Assembly: GCF_004010195.1 (NCBI RefSeq)
Contig: NC_057728.1
Span: forward strand, 46,893,402-46,957,401
Direction of reading: 5' to 3'
Length of the DNA stretch: 64,000 nt
Source: Chiloscyllium plagiosum
Taxonomy: Eukaryota
The position numbers and the translations under genes were made by a program. Shown piece after piece: positions 51,931 to 63,714 of this stretch (the stretch's first letter is position 1; each line of letters opens with the position of its first letter). Below the pieces are notes generated by a model. That model worked only from the letters and a program-made list of their open reading frames with translations, did not search any database and was not told where the DNA came from.

Positions 51931-53154
51931 TGCTGCACTGTCCTGGATATTACAGGTCTGTCCCATATTGGGGACAGGCATTTCTAGCTGTACCTGCATA
52001 TCCTTTGTTCCATTTCCTTTTGAAACTGTCACCTCTTGTGAAAATCTTCATTATTTTTGCATGTGCATTGCACGCTCCGCCCGGGGACCTGCTGCCTTGA
52101 TCTGTAAGGCAAACACCAAGCCACGCTTCTCAAATGGTGTGGAGAACCACTAGCCTTCTTGCTCTCACAAACTGTGCAACCATCACCACCATCACCCATC
52201 ATTAACACCATCCCCCCAGCTCTGTCTAGATAACCTCTGCTCTCGCTCTTAGGTTCTGGTTAGCCTTCTCCTTTCCATATTACAATCCTACTAAAACTTC
52301 CCTTATTTTTCTCCCCAGGGGTTAATCACTCTGAATCATAGGTGAGATTCAGACTGAGCCAGAGCAGATAGTCCAAGGAGGTTCAAATCAATATTTGCTA
52401 CCTGTGTAGATAACTAAAGGATATAAAGTTACCCATACCATTTTTACCATTTGCTTTCCTAAGCAGGTGCAACTAAAAGTTTTCATCTGCAGTTGACAGG
52501 AGGACAGTCCTTTTTATTAATTCATTGACTGAGCTAGCTAGTTACTTCCAGTCAGCTGGAATGAAGAATCACACCATTATTTAACTAACTTGAAGGAAAA
52601 GTCATTGCCTTTGACAATGAATCAGTGTGATTTACAAGAGGAAATTATGCATCCTTTATCCCCGTCAGAGAAGCATGGGTCAAAATTAATGTCTAGAAAT
52701 CCAAGTTCTTTTCAACTTCCAGAGCTGAATATACATTGTGTTTTCCCATAATCAGTAAAGTACCTGAAACTAATTAAATTGGTATCTGGGCTTAAATTGA
52801 AAGACACTCTACCGGCAAGAAGTATGCAAGTGTTTGCTTGAAATTGGGAGTCACAGATCTGGAACAGTGAGTGGAATTTAATCAAGATAGAGTGGGGGTT
52901 TGGGGGGCGTGGGGGGGGGGGGGGTGTGAAGAGGGTGGAATCTGGCCCACTGGTTGAAGTACATGTGAGAGCACCATGTCTTATCCTTTGGGGTTAGGCC
53001 CAACATAGTAAGTGCAGGCCAGATCCTCAAGTGGCCAGAGGAGACTGGCAGATCTTGATGAAGTGGTGGTTGCTGTTGACATTGCTGCCAGAATTGGTCC
53101 AGATTGCAGTGGGCCTGCAGGCTATAGCTAAGCAATGGACAGTGAACAAGTCTT

Positions 53155-54385
53155 ACTCAGAGTCATGCAGCATGGAAACAGACCCTTTGTCCAACCAGTC
53201 CATGCCGAACATAATCCCAAACTACACTAGTCCCACCTTTCTGCTCCTGGTGCACATTCCTCCAAACTTTCCTATCCATGTATCAATCCAAATGTCTTTT
53301 AAATGTTGTAATTATACCCACATCCATCACTTCATTAGGAAGTTCATTTCACACATGAACCACTCTCTGTGTAAAAAATTTGACCCTCATGTCTTTTTTA
53401 AACATCTTCCCTCTCACCTTAAAAATGTGCCCCTTAGTCTTGAAATTCCCCATTTTAGGGAAAAGACAATCACCATTAACTCTATCTATATCTCCCACTA
53501 TTTTATAAACTTCTATCAGGTCACCTCTCAACCTCCCACGCTCCAGTAAAAAGAGTTCCAGCCTTTCTTTATAATTCAAACCTTCCATAACTGGCAACAT
53601 CCTGATAAATCTCTTCTGAACCCTCTCCAGCTTAATAATATCCTTATAATTTGGCAACCAGAACTAGACACAGTATTCCAGAAACAGCCTCACCAATGTC
53701 CTGTACAACCTCAACACGATTTCCATATCCTACACTCAAAGGACCGAGCAATGAAGGCAAGCGTGCCAAATGCCTTTTTAACCACCCTGTCTACATGTGA
53801 TGCAAACTTCAAGGAACTATGTACCTGCACCCCTAGGTCCCTCTGTTCTACAACACTACCCAAGACCCTACCATTAACTGTATAAGCTCTACCCTTGTTT
53901 GTTGTACCAAAATGCAATACCTCGCAGTTAGCCAGATTGAACTCCATCAAGGTGTAGAGTTTAATACACACCACCACCAGGCTTTATTTGGAGCCTTGGG
54001 ATGTGTTTAATCAGGTGGTGTCAGGTCAGGGAGCCAGTTTTCAGCTCACTGACCCATTTGATCAAGATGTGGAGGTGCTGATGTTGGACTAGGGTGGAAA
54101 AAGTCAGAAGTCGCACAACACCAGGTTATAGTCCAACAGGGTTATTTGAAATCACAAATTGTCAGAGGGCTGCTCCTTCATCAGGTAAAGTCAGACTTCA
54201 CCTGATAAACGAGCAGCGCTCCAAAAGCTTATGATTTCAAATAACCCTGTTGGACTATAACCTGGTGTTGTGCAACTTCTGACTTTTTCCATTTGATCAA
54301 GATCCTTTGAAATCTCAGAAAGCCTTCTTCATTATCTAAATGCCACCAATTTTGGTGTCGTCTCAAATTTACCAACTATGTCTTC
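53155..54385 (-). mobile_element. CR1/HER1-like LINE 3' part, twice interrupted
   Basis: ORFs MEFNLANCEVLHFG...RDLGVQVHSSLK and LERVQKRFIRMLP...FFTQRVV; interruptions at ~53950-54032 and 54069-54288. Confidence 0.9.
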
Positions 54386-54998
54386 TCTATCCTTTTAAAT
54401 GTTTGTTACTTATTTTCACTGCTTTATCCCAAATCCCTTTTGTAGGCATGTATTAGCCTTTATTTGCAAGAGAAGATTGAGCTTAAGGGAGAGAACTCTT
54501 GCCTTGCCTCTTTTCTATGTCTGTGGTCAACATCCATCTTTGGAAGTTATAAATATCAGCCCTACACCCCATGGCTCCCATCCCAAAAAGCAAAGTTGGT
54601 TGCCGTTTATTTCACTTCATAAGAGTTGATGAGGGCAGAGAAGGAGTGACGAAGAGGAGTCAAAAACAACAAGCTCCTTTTATTGATGTCAGGTCCTTAG
54701 AATTGGCAACTTCCACCCACAGCTCAGAGCCCACAAGGAAACATTCCAGGATTTGCAGCATGGTCACAGCCCCACCCATCATTGGGTCAATGTAAGCAAG
54801 AGAGGGAAGAGGCCTTTAAAGAACATTAGTTGTTTTTTTAAAGGACAAGGGAGTGGGAAAGCAATCTTCTTCACCCAGAGTTAAACAGGGCAGAGATGAA
54901 AAGTCAGTGGAGTCCCTGACCTGATACCACCTGATTAAACACATCCCAAGACTCCAAATAAAGCCTGGTGGTGGTGTGTATTAAACTCTACACTTTGA
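53947..54998. repeat. 86-bp inverted repeat (53947-54032 and 54913-54998)
   Basis: Reverse complements with 3 mismatches; the left arm interrupts the LINE. Confidence 0.9.
54069..54288. mobile_element. Penelope-derived fold-back mini-element (family D) with back-to-back hammerhead remnants
   Basis: ~95-bp arms; apex cttcatcaggtaaagtc-a-gacttcacctgataaa; TSD ccatttgatcaagat at 54054-54068 and 54289-54303. Confidence 0.9.
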
Positions 54999-57598
54999 CT
55001 GTTTCTCCCCGCACTGATGCTACCCAATCTGCTGAGTGTTTCCATCACTTTCTCGTTTTCTGTATACATAAATTTAGGTTATATAAAGAGAATAGCTCCA
55101 GCTCCCCCAAACTATCCGATTGACTGAATTTTTCACTCCCTGGACTAATCTCATAAATGTAGCTTAATCTATATAGGCGCTGCGTTCAAGAGGAAAAGAA
55201 TTCACAGTTTCTACTTCTCTGTTGCAACATTCCTATAACATTGACTTTAAATGATCTTGACTCAAACAGCTGGTGACTGATGGATGTATGTTCAGCACCA
55301 CATGCTCAGAAATGTACCTGGAGGGCTTCAACTGCTAACATTTCAGAAAGATAAGAAAGTAAACAGCACCAGATGTTTAGCAAGCAACTTTACCAGCGAG
55401 AAAATTCAAACTTGTTGAAGGTAATGATGTTAAAACATAGAAAATATGCAATACATAGCATATTGTAAGAGCTTGTACAGTTATTTCTGTTTTGAGCTGG
55501 AAAGGAAGCTACAATGAAAAATTCAGATAAGTTTTATATAAGTTGAGATTTTTTTAAAAAAGTCCATTAATAAGTAGGACCCAAGCAATCTCTTTCATAA
55601 ATGCTTTATCAAAAATTGTCAGCAGAAGGGCACTAAGCTGTTAAGTGAACTCGTTCATTTTTCATAATTTAACAGAAATGAGTCAATCCTTGAAGATATG
55701 TCTTCACTGTTTAAAAATATAGAGAAAAGTTTTATCATAAATATGTGAAAGAGAATGTTCCATGTAAAGGGTATCTATCCCAATTCCCAATTTATCTTAT
55801 CCAAAGCTCTAAGCAATATCAATGTGAAATATGATAAGATACAAAACATTTTCTAATTTTTAAACAAAACAGATTTTACCTTTGTTAAAATTATTCATTT
55901 GTTATTAATACAAAAATTGGACATTATTGTTTAATGTTTTGATATAAATGTAGTGATTCCATTTTGTAGTTAGTTACAGGTTTTTAAAATTGCTAAACAG
56001 AGAGGCTGTAAAGATGGCATCTATAAAATGCCAAGGTGACAAGTGATGCCCTGAAGCAGGCTTTGTGTAAAATCAGGTCCAGTATAGACCATATTCACTG
56101 GTGCATAAAAATGGCTTATATCATGCTGCAGTGCCGACCTGTACCAAATGGCCTCTCCATCGCCATTAGTTTCTTTTCATTACTGATGCTGTGACACATG
56201 CTGAGCTTGCTTCCATTTCAAATTCATCAGCAGCATCTCACATACTGAAGATAATTACAGTGTGGGCAATTTCCTTGAGTATAGAAGATTGAGGCATGAT
56301 CTGATCAAGGGGTCTAAAATATAAAAAGGTTTGGTAAATAAATGCAGCATTAGTATTGCTTTCAAAGGAAGAATCAAGAAAAAAGGATCATAATTGTAAA
56401 ACTGAATCTTCAAATAGTGGTGCAGTAGTATAGTGTATGGACCAAATAATCCAGACACTTGAACTAATGATCCACTGAACTATGTTGAAAACCCATCACA
56501 GCAGTTAACAAAGTTAAATTTGATTAGTTAATTTGCCTGGAATAAAATGCAAGTATCGGTTATTACTTGCATGAAATATCTGAATTTTCATAAAAGTCCA
56601 CGTGATTCAATGATATATTTTAGGGAAGGGAATTTGCAATCCTTACTTAGTCCAGCCTGTATCAGACACTGTCGAAAAAGCCTTGGTGAATTTCTTGCAG
56701 ATGGTGCACACTGCTGCCACTGAGTGTAGGTGATGGAAGTAGCGAATATTTGTGGATATAGTAACAATCAATTGGGCTGCTCTATCCATTGTTGTTTGAA
56801 GTGTACATTTCTGAGCTAGACATGGACTAGGTCAGTACATCAGTACATTTTAAGATGAATGCAGAAATTGGTGAGGTGGTAAATAGGAAGAATGAAAGCC
56901 TTTGACTACAAGATGACATAGATTGGGCTGGTCACATGGATATAAAAGTGGCAGGTGAAGTTTAATCCAGAAAAGTGTGAAAGTGAGCACGTGATGAATG
57001 GTAGGATCCTGGGTAATACTGAGGATCATCAGGACCTTGTTGTGCATTTACATAGATCTTTAAAGGCAACAGGACAAGTGGACAGGGTGGTTTAAAAGGT
57101 TTATGGGATGTTTGCCTTCATTATTCAAAGTATTGACTATAACAGCTAGGAGGATATGGTAAAATGTTGATTAAGTGTCAGCTGGAAAACTGTGTGCAGC
57201 TCTGGCCACCACACTATTGATAATTGGTGATAGCACTGGAGAGGAAGCAGAGAAGATTCACCAGAAAGTTGACTGGACAGGAGAGTTTCAGTTAGGAAGG
57301 GCCACTGCACAGGTTCGCATTGTTTTCCTTTAAGCAGAGACGGTTGCAGGGGAAACTTTTTGATTCGACCAAATATGATGGGCATAGATACAGTTGATAG
57401 GAATAAACATTTCCTCTTAGTAGAGGGATCAATTAACAGGGAGCATAGATTTAAATTAAGGACAGAACATTGGGAAGGAACTCAAGGTGAGGCTTTTTAC
57501 CCTAAGGGTGGTGAGTATCTGGAACTCACTGCCTGAAAGAATGTTAGCAGTCCTTGTTTTTACCTAGAATTTGGAACCATTACAGCATTTAGAAGTAT

Positions 57599-57810
57599 CT
57601 GGATGTAGGTTTGCTTGCTGAGCTGGAAGGTTTATTTTCAGACGGTTCGTCACTCTACTAGGTAACATCTTCAGTGAGCCTCTGGACAAAGCCGGCTCAC
57701 TGAAGATGTTACCTATGGTGACGAAATGTCTGAAAATGAACCTTCCAACTCAGGGAGAAAACCGACATCCAAAACCACAACCTGAGCTCCAAATCTTCTC
57801 ATAACACGCT
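57599..57810. mobile_element. Penelope-derived fold-back mini-element (family C)
   Basis: 57601-57680 is inverted to 57694-57770, plus a ~40-nt one-sided tail; TSD atttagaagtat at 57587-57598 and 57811-57822. Confidence 0.9.
57697..57733 (+). ncRNA. Minimal type I hammerhead ribozyme (family C), near-intact
   Basis: TCA-CTGAAGA-T-GTTACC-TAT-GGTGAC-GAAAT-GTC^TGA; stem I TCA/TGA, 6-bp stem II. Confidence 0.7.
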
Positions 57811-59069
57811 ATTTAGAAGTATTTAGATGAGTATTTGAAATGCCATATCATACAAGGCTCTGAGCCAAGCATTAGAAAATGGGAATAGATAGGTGTTTGA
57901 TGCCCAGTGTGTGGACACACGCAATGGGTCAAATGTCCTCCTTCTGTGCTGTAACATTCTGTGACTCTGTGATTCTATAAATAGATTTTTTTGTTAGATA
58001 AGAGTAATAAATAATAAGTACCCATACACAGATGGATAGAGTTGAGCTGCAGATAAGCCAGGAACTGGCAAAGAATGCACAAGGAGCTGAATAGCCTAAA
58101 TATTTCCTCAGTATTTATAATATATGAATGATCAGACCATTACTGTTTGCGCAGAGTTTTTCTTTTATGATCATGGGGAATGCTTTCCCACAATTTAAAA
58201 TGGACTTCTATACAAATCAATGCATTCTTCAATTAAGTGCTGCTATAGAAGTGATGTAGTATTAATTATATTGTTAAGTACTGTCACACTTTGGGTTAGG
58301 GAGCCTATTTTGATGCCAAATTAAGTAACAACTAATGACAAATTAACTCCTTCATATAATGTCTAGACTTTTGATCGTTACCAGACCAATTAAGTTTTAT
58401 TAGTAATAGCTTTGCTGAAATATTAATTCCAATTATTGAAGATAATTATTTTTTGGCTAAACACGACAATATTTGCATTGTCATCAAGACATGTTAGAGG
58501 GCATGTAACAAGTGTACCTTGTCCTAGTAAGGGCTCTTGTGTCACAGAAGTAGAGTCCCTACCTCTGGGCCAGTATTCAAATCCCTCCAACTCCAGAGGT
58601 GTGGTATAACATATCTTTGCAGTTTGATTGAAAATATGTACACTGCTGTAGCACAGCCACACACATTGGATGCTCTGATATGACGTAGCATTCTGAATTA
58701 CTTCAACTGATAAGTTTAAGGACCCCGTTAATGTAAAGCTGCAACAGTCAGAGTTCAGTCATTGAACAAATAGCAATTGAAGCACTTCAGTCCTAAGTGG
58801 CAGCATGCACTGTATCATTCCCACAAGGATGTGACTCATTGTGATCATTGTAAAGTGGTACCACTACAACCACTATCCACACATCAACAGGGAAACCTCA
58901 ATCAGCAGAGTCTGAATGACATATTCATGAATAAAGAAAGAGCAAGAGATGAATAAAGTTAATATCAGAAATAAATCCACATTCTCTGCTTGTGATATCT
59001 ATTAGCTGTACTTATTTAGAATCATCATAAATAGAATGAACAGTCTCACTCTTATCGAGAGGATTGCAG

Positions 59070-59450
59070 AATTGCCCTGTAGTTCCCAGGGATGTACAGG
59101 GTGGATTGGCCATGCTACGTTGTGACATAGTGTCCAGGGATGTGCAAGTTAGGGTGGATTGGCCCTGCTAATTTTTCCAGTAGTGTCCAGGGATGTTAAA
59201 CTTTCTCGTAATGTCCAGGGATGTGCAGATTTGGGTGGATTGGCCGTGCTGAATTGTCATGTAGCGTTCAGGGATATGCAGGTTCGTGTAGATTGGTGAT
59301 GTTAAATTGTCCCATTGTGTCCAGAGACATGCAGGTTAAGGGGGATTGGACTTGATAAATTGTACCATAGAGTTAAGAGATGTGCAGGGTGTTATGAGAT
59401 TGGCAATCTAAAATTGTTCGATAATGGCCAGGGATTTGCAGGATTGGGTG
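59070..59450 (+). repeat. Degenerate ~53-bp minisatellite derived from the HE1 SINE interior (~8 units)
   Basis: Recurring (tt)g...tagtgtccagggatgtgcaggttagggtggattggccatgctaaa; matches 39290-39350. Confidence 0.85.
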
Positions 59451-60149
59451 AAATAGTACAGGCCACAAGTGTCTAAGGTAGTACTGAATGTAGTGGATGT
59501 TATCAATCTTTCATCACAACTTTATTGTAGCTCATGAATTTTTTTAACTAAAATCTCAGTGAGTGGAATGTTATTTGTTGGATCATTCCAAATTTTAAGA
59601 TCAGAACAAAATAGAGAGAGCTACTCACAAAACTGTTCTAAAAGAGTAAAATATACAAGAATTAATCAATTTCTTTGAGCTCTTAATATAAAATAAATTG
59701 CAAAGCTCCTTCTAAGAGCTAATAATGGACAACATGAACCCAATTCTGCACATGATACTATGATTTAAGGAATTTACTATTGATTCATAAATGTTTGAAA
59801 TCATTACATTAAATGAGACGATAATGGGAGAGAGGATTGTGGAAGTAATGGTGAGACCTTTTTCAGTTTCAGCATTAGAGAACTGTCAAACAAATTGAAC
59901 CCTAAAAGGATGCTCTAGAACACATTACAAAAGACTCACAGGATGTGGCAAAGTTATGAAATGAATACTTTACTTCAAATAAATGCTCAAAAGTTGGAAT
60001 TTAATAATCATGTTAAAAATCATGAGATTTTGATGCTAGGTCACATACCTGAAACATTGCAGCTGTTTCTCCCAGAGCAGATGCTACCTGACCAGCTGAC
60101 TACATTCACTATTTTCTGTTTTTTAAATCAGAGATTCATTTATCGTTTT

Positions 60150-60985
60150 AGATAGAGCAGCCAGGCCAAATAATATCAACCCAAGGCTCCTCAAGGAAAT
60201 AGGCTGTGCTAGCCTTCTGCCCATAGTTTTGAATGATCACAGGACATTGAGATGGTTCCCATGGTGCTAATGTATTCTCCATGTTTAAAAAACAGAGACA
60301 AGGCCCATTTGTTTGATGTCAGTAAGAAGAAAGATGCTTCAGGGGATCATTAGAAGTGCAAAATATGATCACTGAAACAGAGAGGGAACATCATTAGGAA
60401 CATCTGACATGGTTTGAGAAAAAGAGGTGATTTCTCACAAGCTTAATTAATTTCTCAAGACACCAAAATGGTGGATGAGGGAAACGAGGTGACATCGCTC
60501 TTATAAAAAGCATTTGACAAAGGCAAAACTAAACTTCTGCTCAAGATTGTCAGCAATGTAAAGAGCTGATGTCAAAACTTTTGGAAAACATAAGTACAAA
60601 CAGACTTAAATCTGTCTCGAGGCTGGCATGTTGCCCACAGGGTTTGCTGTTAGAACCATTCATTGTCTCTATTTTTATTAATTATCTGGATTGTGTGGTG
60701 CTGGAAAAGCACAGCAGGTCAGGCAACATCAGGATGAAAGGCTTATGCCTGAAACGTCGACTGTCCTGCTCCTCAGATGCTGTCTGACCTGCTGTGCTTT
60801 TCCAGCGCCACACTTTGCAACTCTGATCTCCAGCATCTGTAGCCCTCACTTTCTCTTAATTATCTGGATGTTGGTGTTATGGGTATGATCTTCAGGTTTA
60901 CCAATGTGCTCAGATCTGTACTAGTGTTTGATCTTTTGATAATGGTTAACAGCTCAAGCAAATCTTGAATTGTTGGAGAAATAGA
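60150..60985 (+). mobile_element. Highly decayed CR1-type LINE RT fragment
   Basis: KAFDK (aaagcatttgacaa) and PQG-like (cccacagggtttgctgttagaacca) motifs. Confidence 0.55.
60692..60855. mobile_element. Penelope-derived fold-back mini-element (family A)
   Basis: gtgtggtgctggaaaagcacagcaggtcaggcaacatc is inverted to gatgctgtctgacctgctgtgcttttccagcgccacac; TSD ttaattatctggat at 60678-60691 and 60856-60869. Confidence 0.9.
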
Positions 60986-61214
60986 TTATTTTTTTTAACC
61001 ATTCACCGATGTGGGCTTCAGTGGTTGGGCCTGGGACACTACCTTATGAAATCTGTCTTCATTTGTGCTAGATATGGCCTCAACCATTGGAGAGCTTTCC
61101 CCTTGAATCCGATTGATTCCCATTTTGCTGGGGCTCTTTGATCACACACTTAGTCAAATGCAGCTTTGATGTCACAGGCACCTTCCCTCTGGAATTTAAC
61201 ACTCTTGTCTATGG

Positions 61215-61397
61215 CCTTTTCCGGCATTAGCCCTTCATCAGGAATGTGGGCTTCATCAGGAATCAGGAATGATGAATGGCTTATGCCTGAAATGTCGACT
61301 CCCCTGCTCCTCAGATGCTGCTTGACATGCTGTGCTTTTCCAGTGTCACCTTTTTTGACGCTGACTTCTCCAGAATCTGCAGTCCTCACTTTCCCCT
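61215..61397. mobile_element. Scrambled Penelope pLTR (family A) with repeated hammerhead-core fragments
   Basis: cttcatcaggaat twice, then tgatgaatggcttatgcctgaaatgtc and the pLTR tail. Confidence 0.8.
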
Positions 61398-62099
61398 GAG
61401 TATCAGTGAGCACTTGCTGCTTATTAGCACTGATAATGACCCCTGGCGAGCTATGCTACTTTGGAAAGGTGCTATGTTATGTGGGCAGGATAAATGCACA
61501 ATGCACACATCTTTCAAAGAAAACCTTTAAAACAGGATGACAAAAGAATCCAATCATTTGATTGGATAAATCTTCAAAGGTAGAGAGCTGAACTGTGAAG
61601 AGATAGCTAGATCACAAAGTGTATTGATGTTTGTTTATAATACAATTCACTAGAAGACAAAGATGTTGTGCAGTTGGGGAATGCTCAGGTGGGTGGTGGA
61701 GTGCTGTCTGCAAGTACTCCTTTTCAGCCCTAGGGTCCTGAATCTCCCTTAGGAGCCCGTGTCCCTTTTCGCCTTGCAAAAAGACAATTTTTGCACTGGC
61801 TGCCACTGCACACCATTATTCTCAACTCTTACGTCCACTGCCTGGACTGGCGTGATTATTTACCACCCCACACAGCCAGGATCCCCAATAGAGGGCTGTC
61901 TACATGGGAGAGTCCTCGCTCTTTCCAGCAGAGACATGGGGTAGAGGGTGTTGCCCGCAGCAGTCCCTTATAACCACATTGTGGTGGTTCATGGACTCCT
62001 GGCCCAACAGTTTAATTTGCAGAGCAGTGGAATCAGTAGACCATGTATGTACTGGTTGTGGATGATTGTATCCCCTTTACTGTTATTTGAAAAACATTT

Positions 62100-62437
62100 C
62101 ATAGAATCCCTACAGTGTGGAAACAGGCCCTTCGGCACAGCAACTCCACACTAACCCTCTACAAAGTGACCTCCCAGACCCATCCCCCTACTATCCTATA
62201 TTTACTCCTGACCAATGCACCTGAGCTACACATCCCTGAACACTATGGGCAATTTAGCATGGCCAATTCACCTAACTTGCACATCTTTGGATTGTGGGAG
62301 GAAACCGGAGCACCCGGAGGAAACCCACACAGAGACAGGGAGAATGTGCAAACTCACAAAGACAGTCGCCCGAGGCTGGAATTGAACCCGGGTCCCTGGC
62401 ACTGTGAGGCAGCAGTGTTAATCACTGAGCCACAGTG
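62100..62437 (-). mobile_element. HE1-type V-SINE, full length
   Basis: Reverse complement of the 39131-39470 family sequence. Confidence 0.9.
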
Positions 62438-62447
62438 CGCTTGCACT

Positions 62448-62760
62448 GCAGCCCCATGCTCCTGATTTTTGGGCACTCGGCGAAGAGGAGTGTGGGCAGG
62501 TCAGAAGACCTCCTTGTAGGTCGGCTCCTGGGTCTGGCCAGGCTGGCTATAAAATAGGTCCAGACAGCGGGCTGTGGTGGGGGTCATATCTTCCAGCTGT
62601 CTTCCCTCTTTCCTGGTTATGTTCATGCCTGGGTTCCTTGGAGAGGGAGCACGCTGTGATCATCAGTGCTCTCTATGCCCTTAGAGAGAGATGGGCACCA
62701 CAGGGGATACAATGCTCTATTTCCCCATCCAACTCAACTTTGATTTAGTACCTTCCTTCC
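62448..62760 (+). mobile_element. Tx1/L1-like LINE 3' end
   Basis: LLIFGHS..R...RSEDLLVG.LLGLARLAI..., CLPLFPGYVHA, LEREHAV, RERWAPQG resemble a Tx1-type ORF2 C-terminus. Confidence 0.55.
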
Positions 62761-63259
62761 CTCCTGCCTCCACCTCACCTTTAATGGTTTGCATTGTCAT
62801 CATGGACTTGTAAATATTTAATTGATTACATGGGTGATTAATGGTGGTGGTTAGTAGTTTAAAAAGAAAGTGATGATGATTTGGTGTTGGAATGTCTTTC
62901 AGTCGTGTGTGAAAGGTAAGGAAGATTAAAGAATTAGATATTTGGCTATCAGTAGAGTATGTCTCAGAGGGTCCAGCCTTCTCCCAGCTGGTCACAGCTG
63001 TTTACCACCTTGGAGATCATCAGCAAACAAAATGTTTCTGAAACAGTGGTCAGATATCTACATGACAGGCATACCAGCTGCTCAGAAGAGAAAGTGGGGG
63101 GAGATCCTCTCAAGCATGCTGTGGGCAAGGTGGCACACTCCTTTGTAATGATACAAAAGAGAATTCATCATTACAAAGTGTCAAATGTATGGTGTATGCA
63201 GGACCTCAGTGTGCTTGCTTGTTCTCAATGCCCTCTTAAACAGCACTACGGTACCCTGA

Positions 63260-63660
63260 CGCCAGCATTCCAGGCAGCAATGTCAGCAGCTTACGTCCAC
63301 ATCCGTGACTATAGCAGTGGCTTGAACTGTCACTGTCATTGTATGGCCAATAGATTCAACAAAGAGCAAATCTTTTATCGTGATCTTGCAGATGTCTGCC
63401 ACCACCTTGATGTGACAGACCCAGCCTCCTAAGACCCAGTCATGTCAAGGAAATTAACCTCTGTCAGTAGGTCATGCTTCCCAGCTTGTAGTTCTACAAA
63501 CTGTATCCCTCTGTTTGCAGAGCAAGAATTCTGTCACTGGTTACTGCCACTGGTCATATTTCTCTTCATCTGAGGGACAATTTAAAGTGAGCAAAGCAGC
63601 AGCCAGTGAGATAGGACAGAGCAAACCTCCAAAATGCAGATAGCAAATTCTCAGAAAGAC
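63260..63660 (-). mobile_element. Harbinger/HARBI1-like transposase N-terminal fossil
   Basis: Minus strand ..NFLDMT..LRRLGLSHQ/VVADICKITIKDLL....GHTMTVTVQATA resembles 'FLD.SE..C.RRLRLS..V.DIC.L...DL.....A.PV...VT.AL'. Confidence 0.55.
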
Positions 63661-63714
63661 TTCAATGAGCAAGCTCTTTCCCGTGAGTAGTGCAGGATCT
63701 GAGACAAAGCAGGG

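Larger units (their letters stand above)
56880..57975 (+). mobile_element. Old CR1-type LINE 3' part, interrupted by a fold-back element
   Basis: WQVKFNPEKC, LENCVQLW, WNSLPE motifs; ctgtgactctgtgattct tail. Confidence 0.8.

Noticed and set aside
53947..54998. DNA transposon with 86-bp TIRs
   Set aside because: The interior continues the flanking LINE in the same orientation and there is no TSD.
59070..59450. CRISPR-like array
   Set aside because: No unique spacers; the units are diverged SINE-derived tandem repeats in a vertebrate genome.
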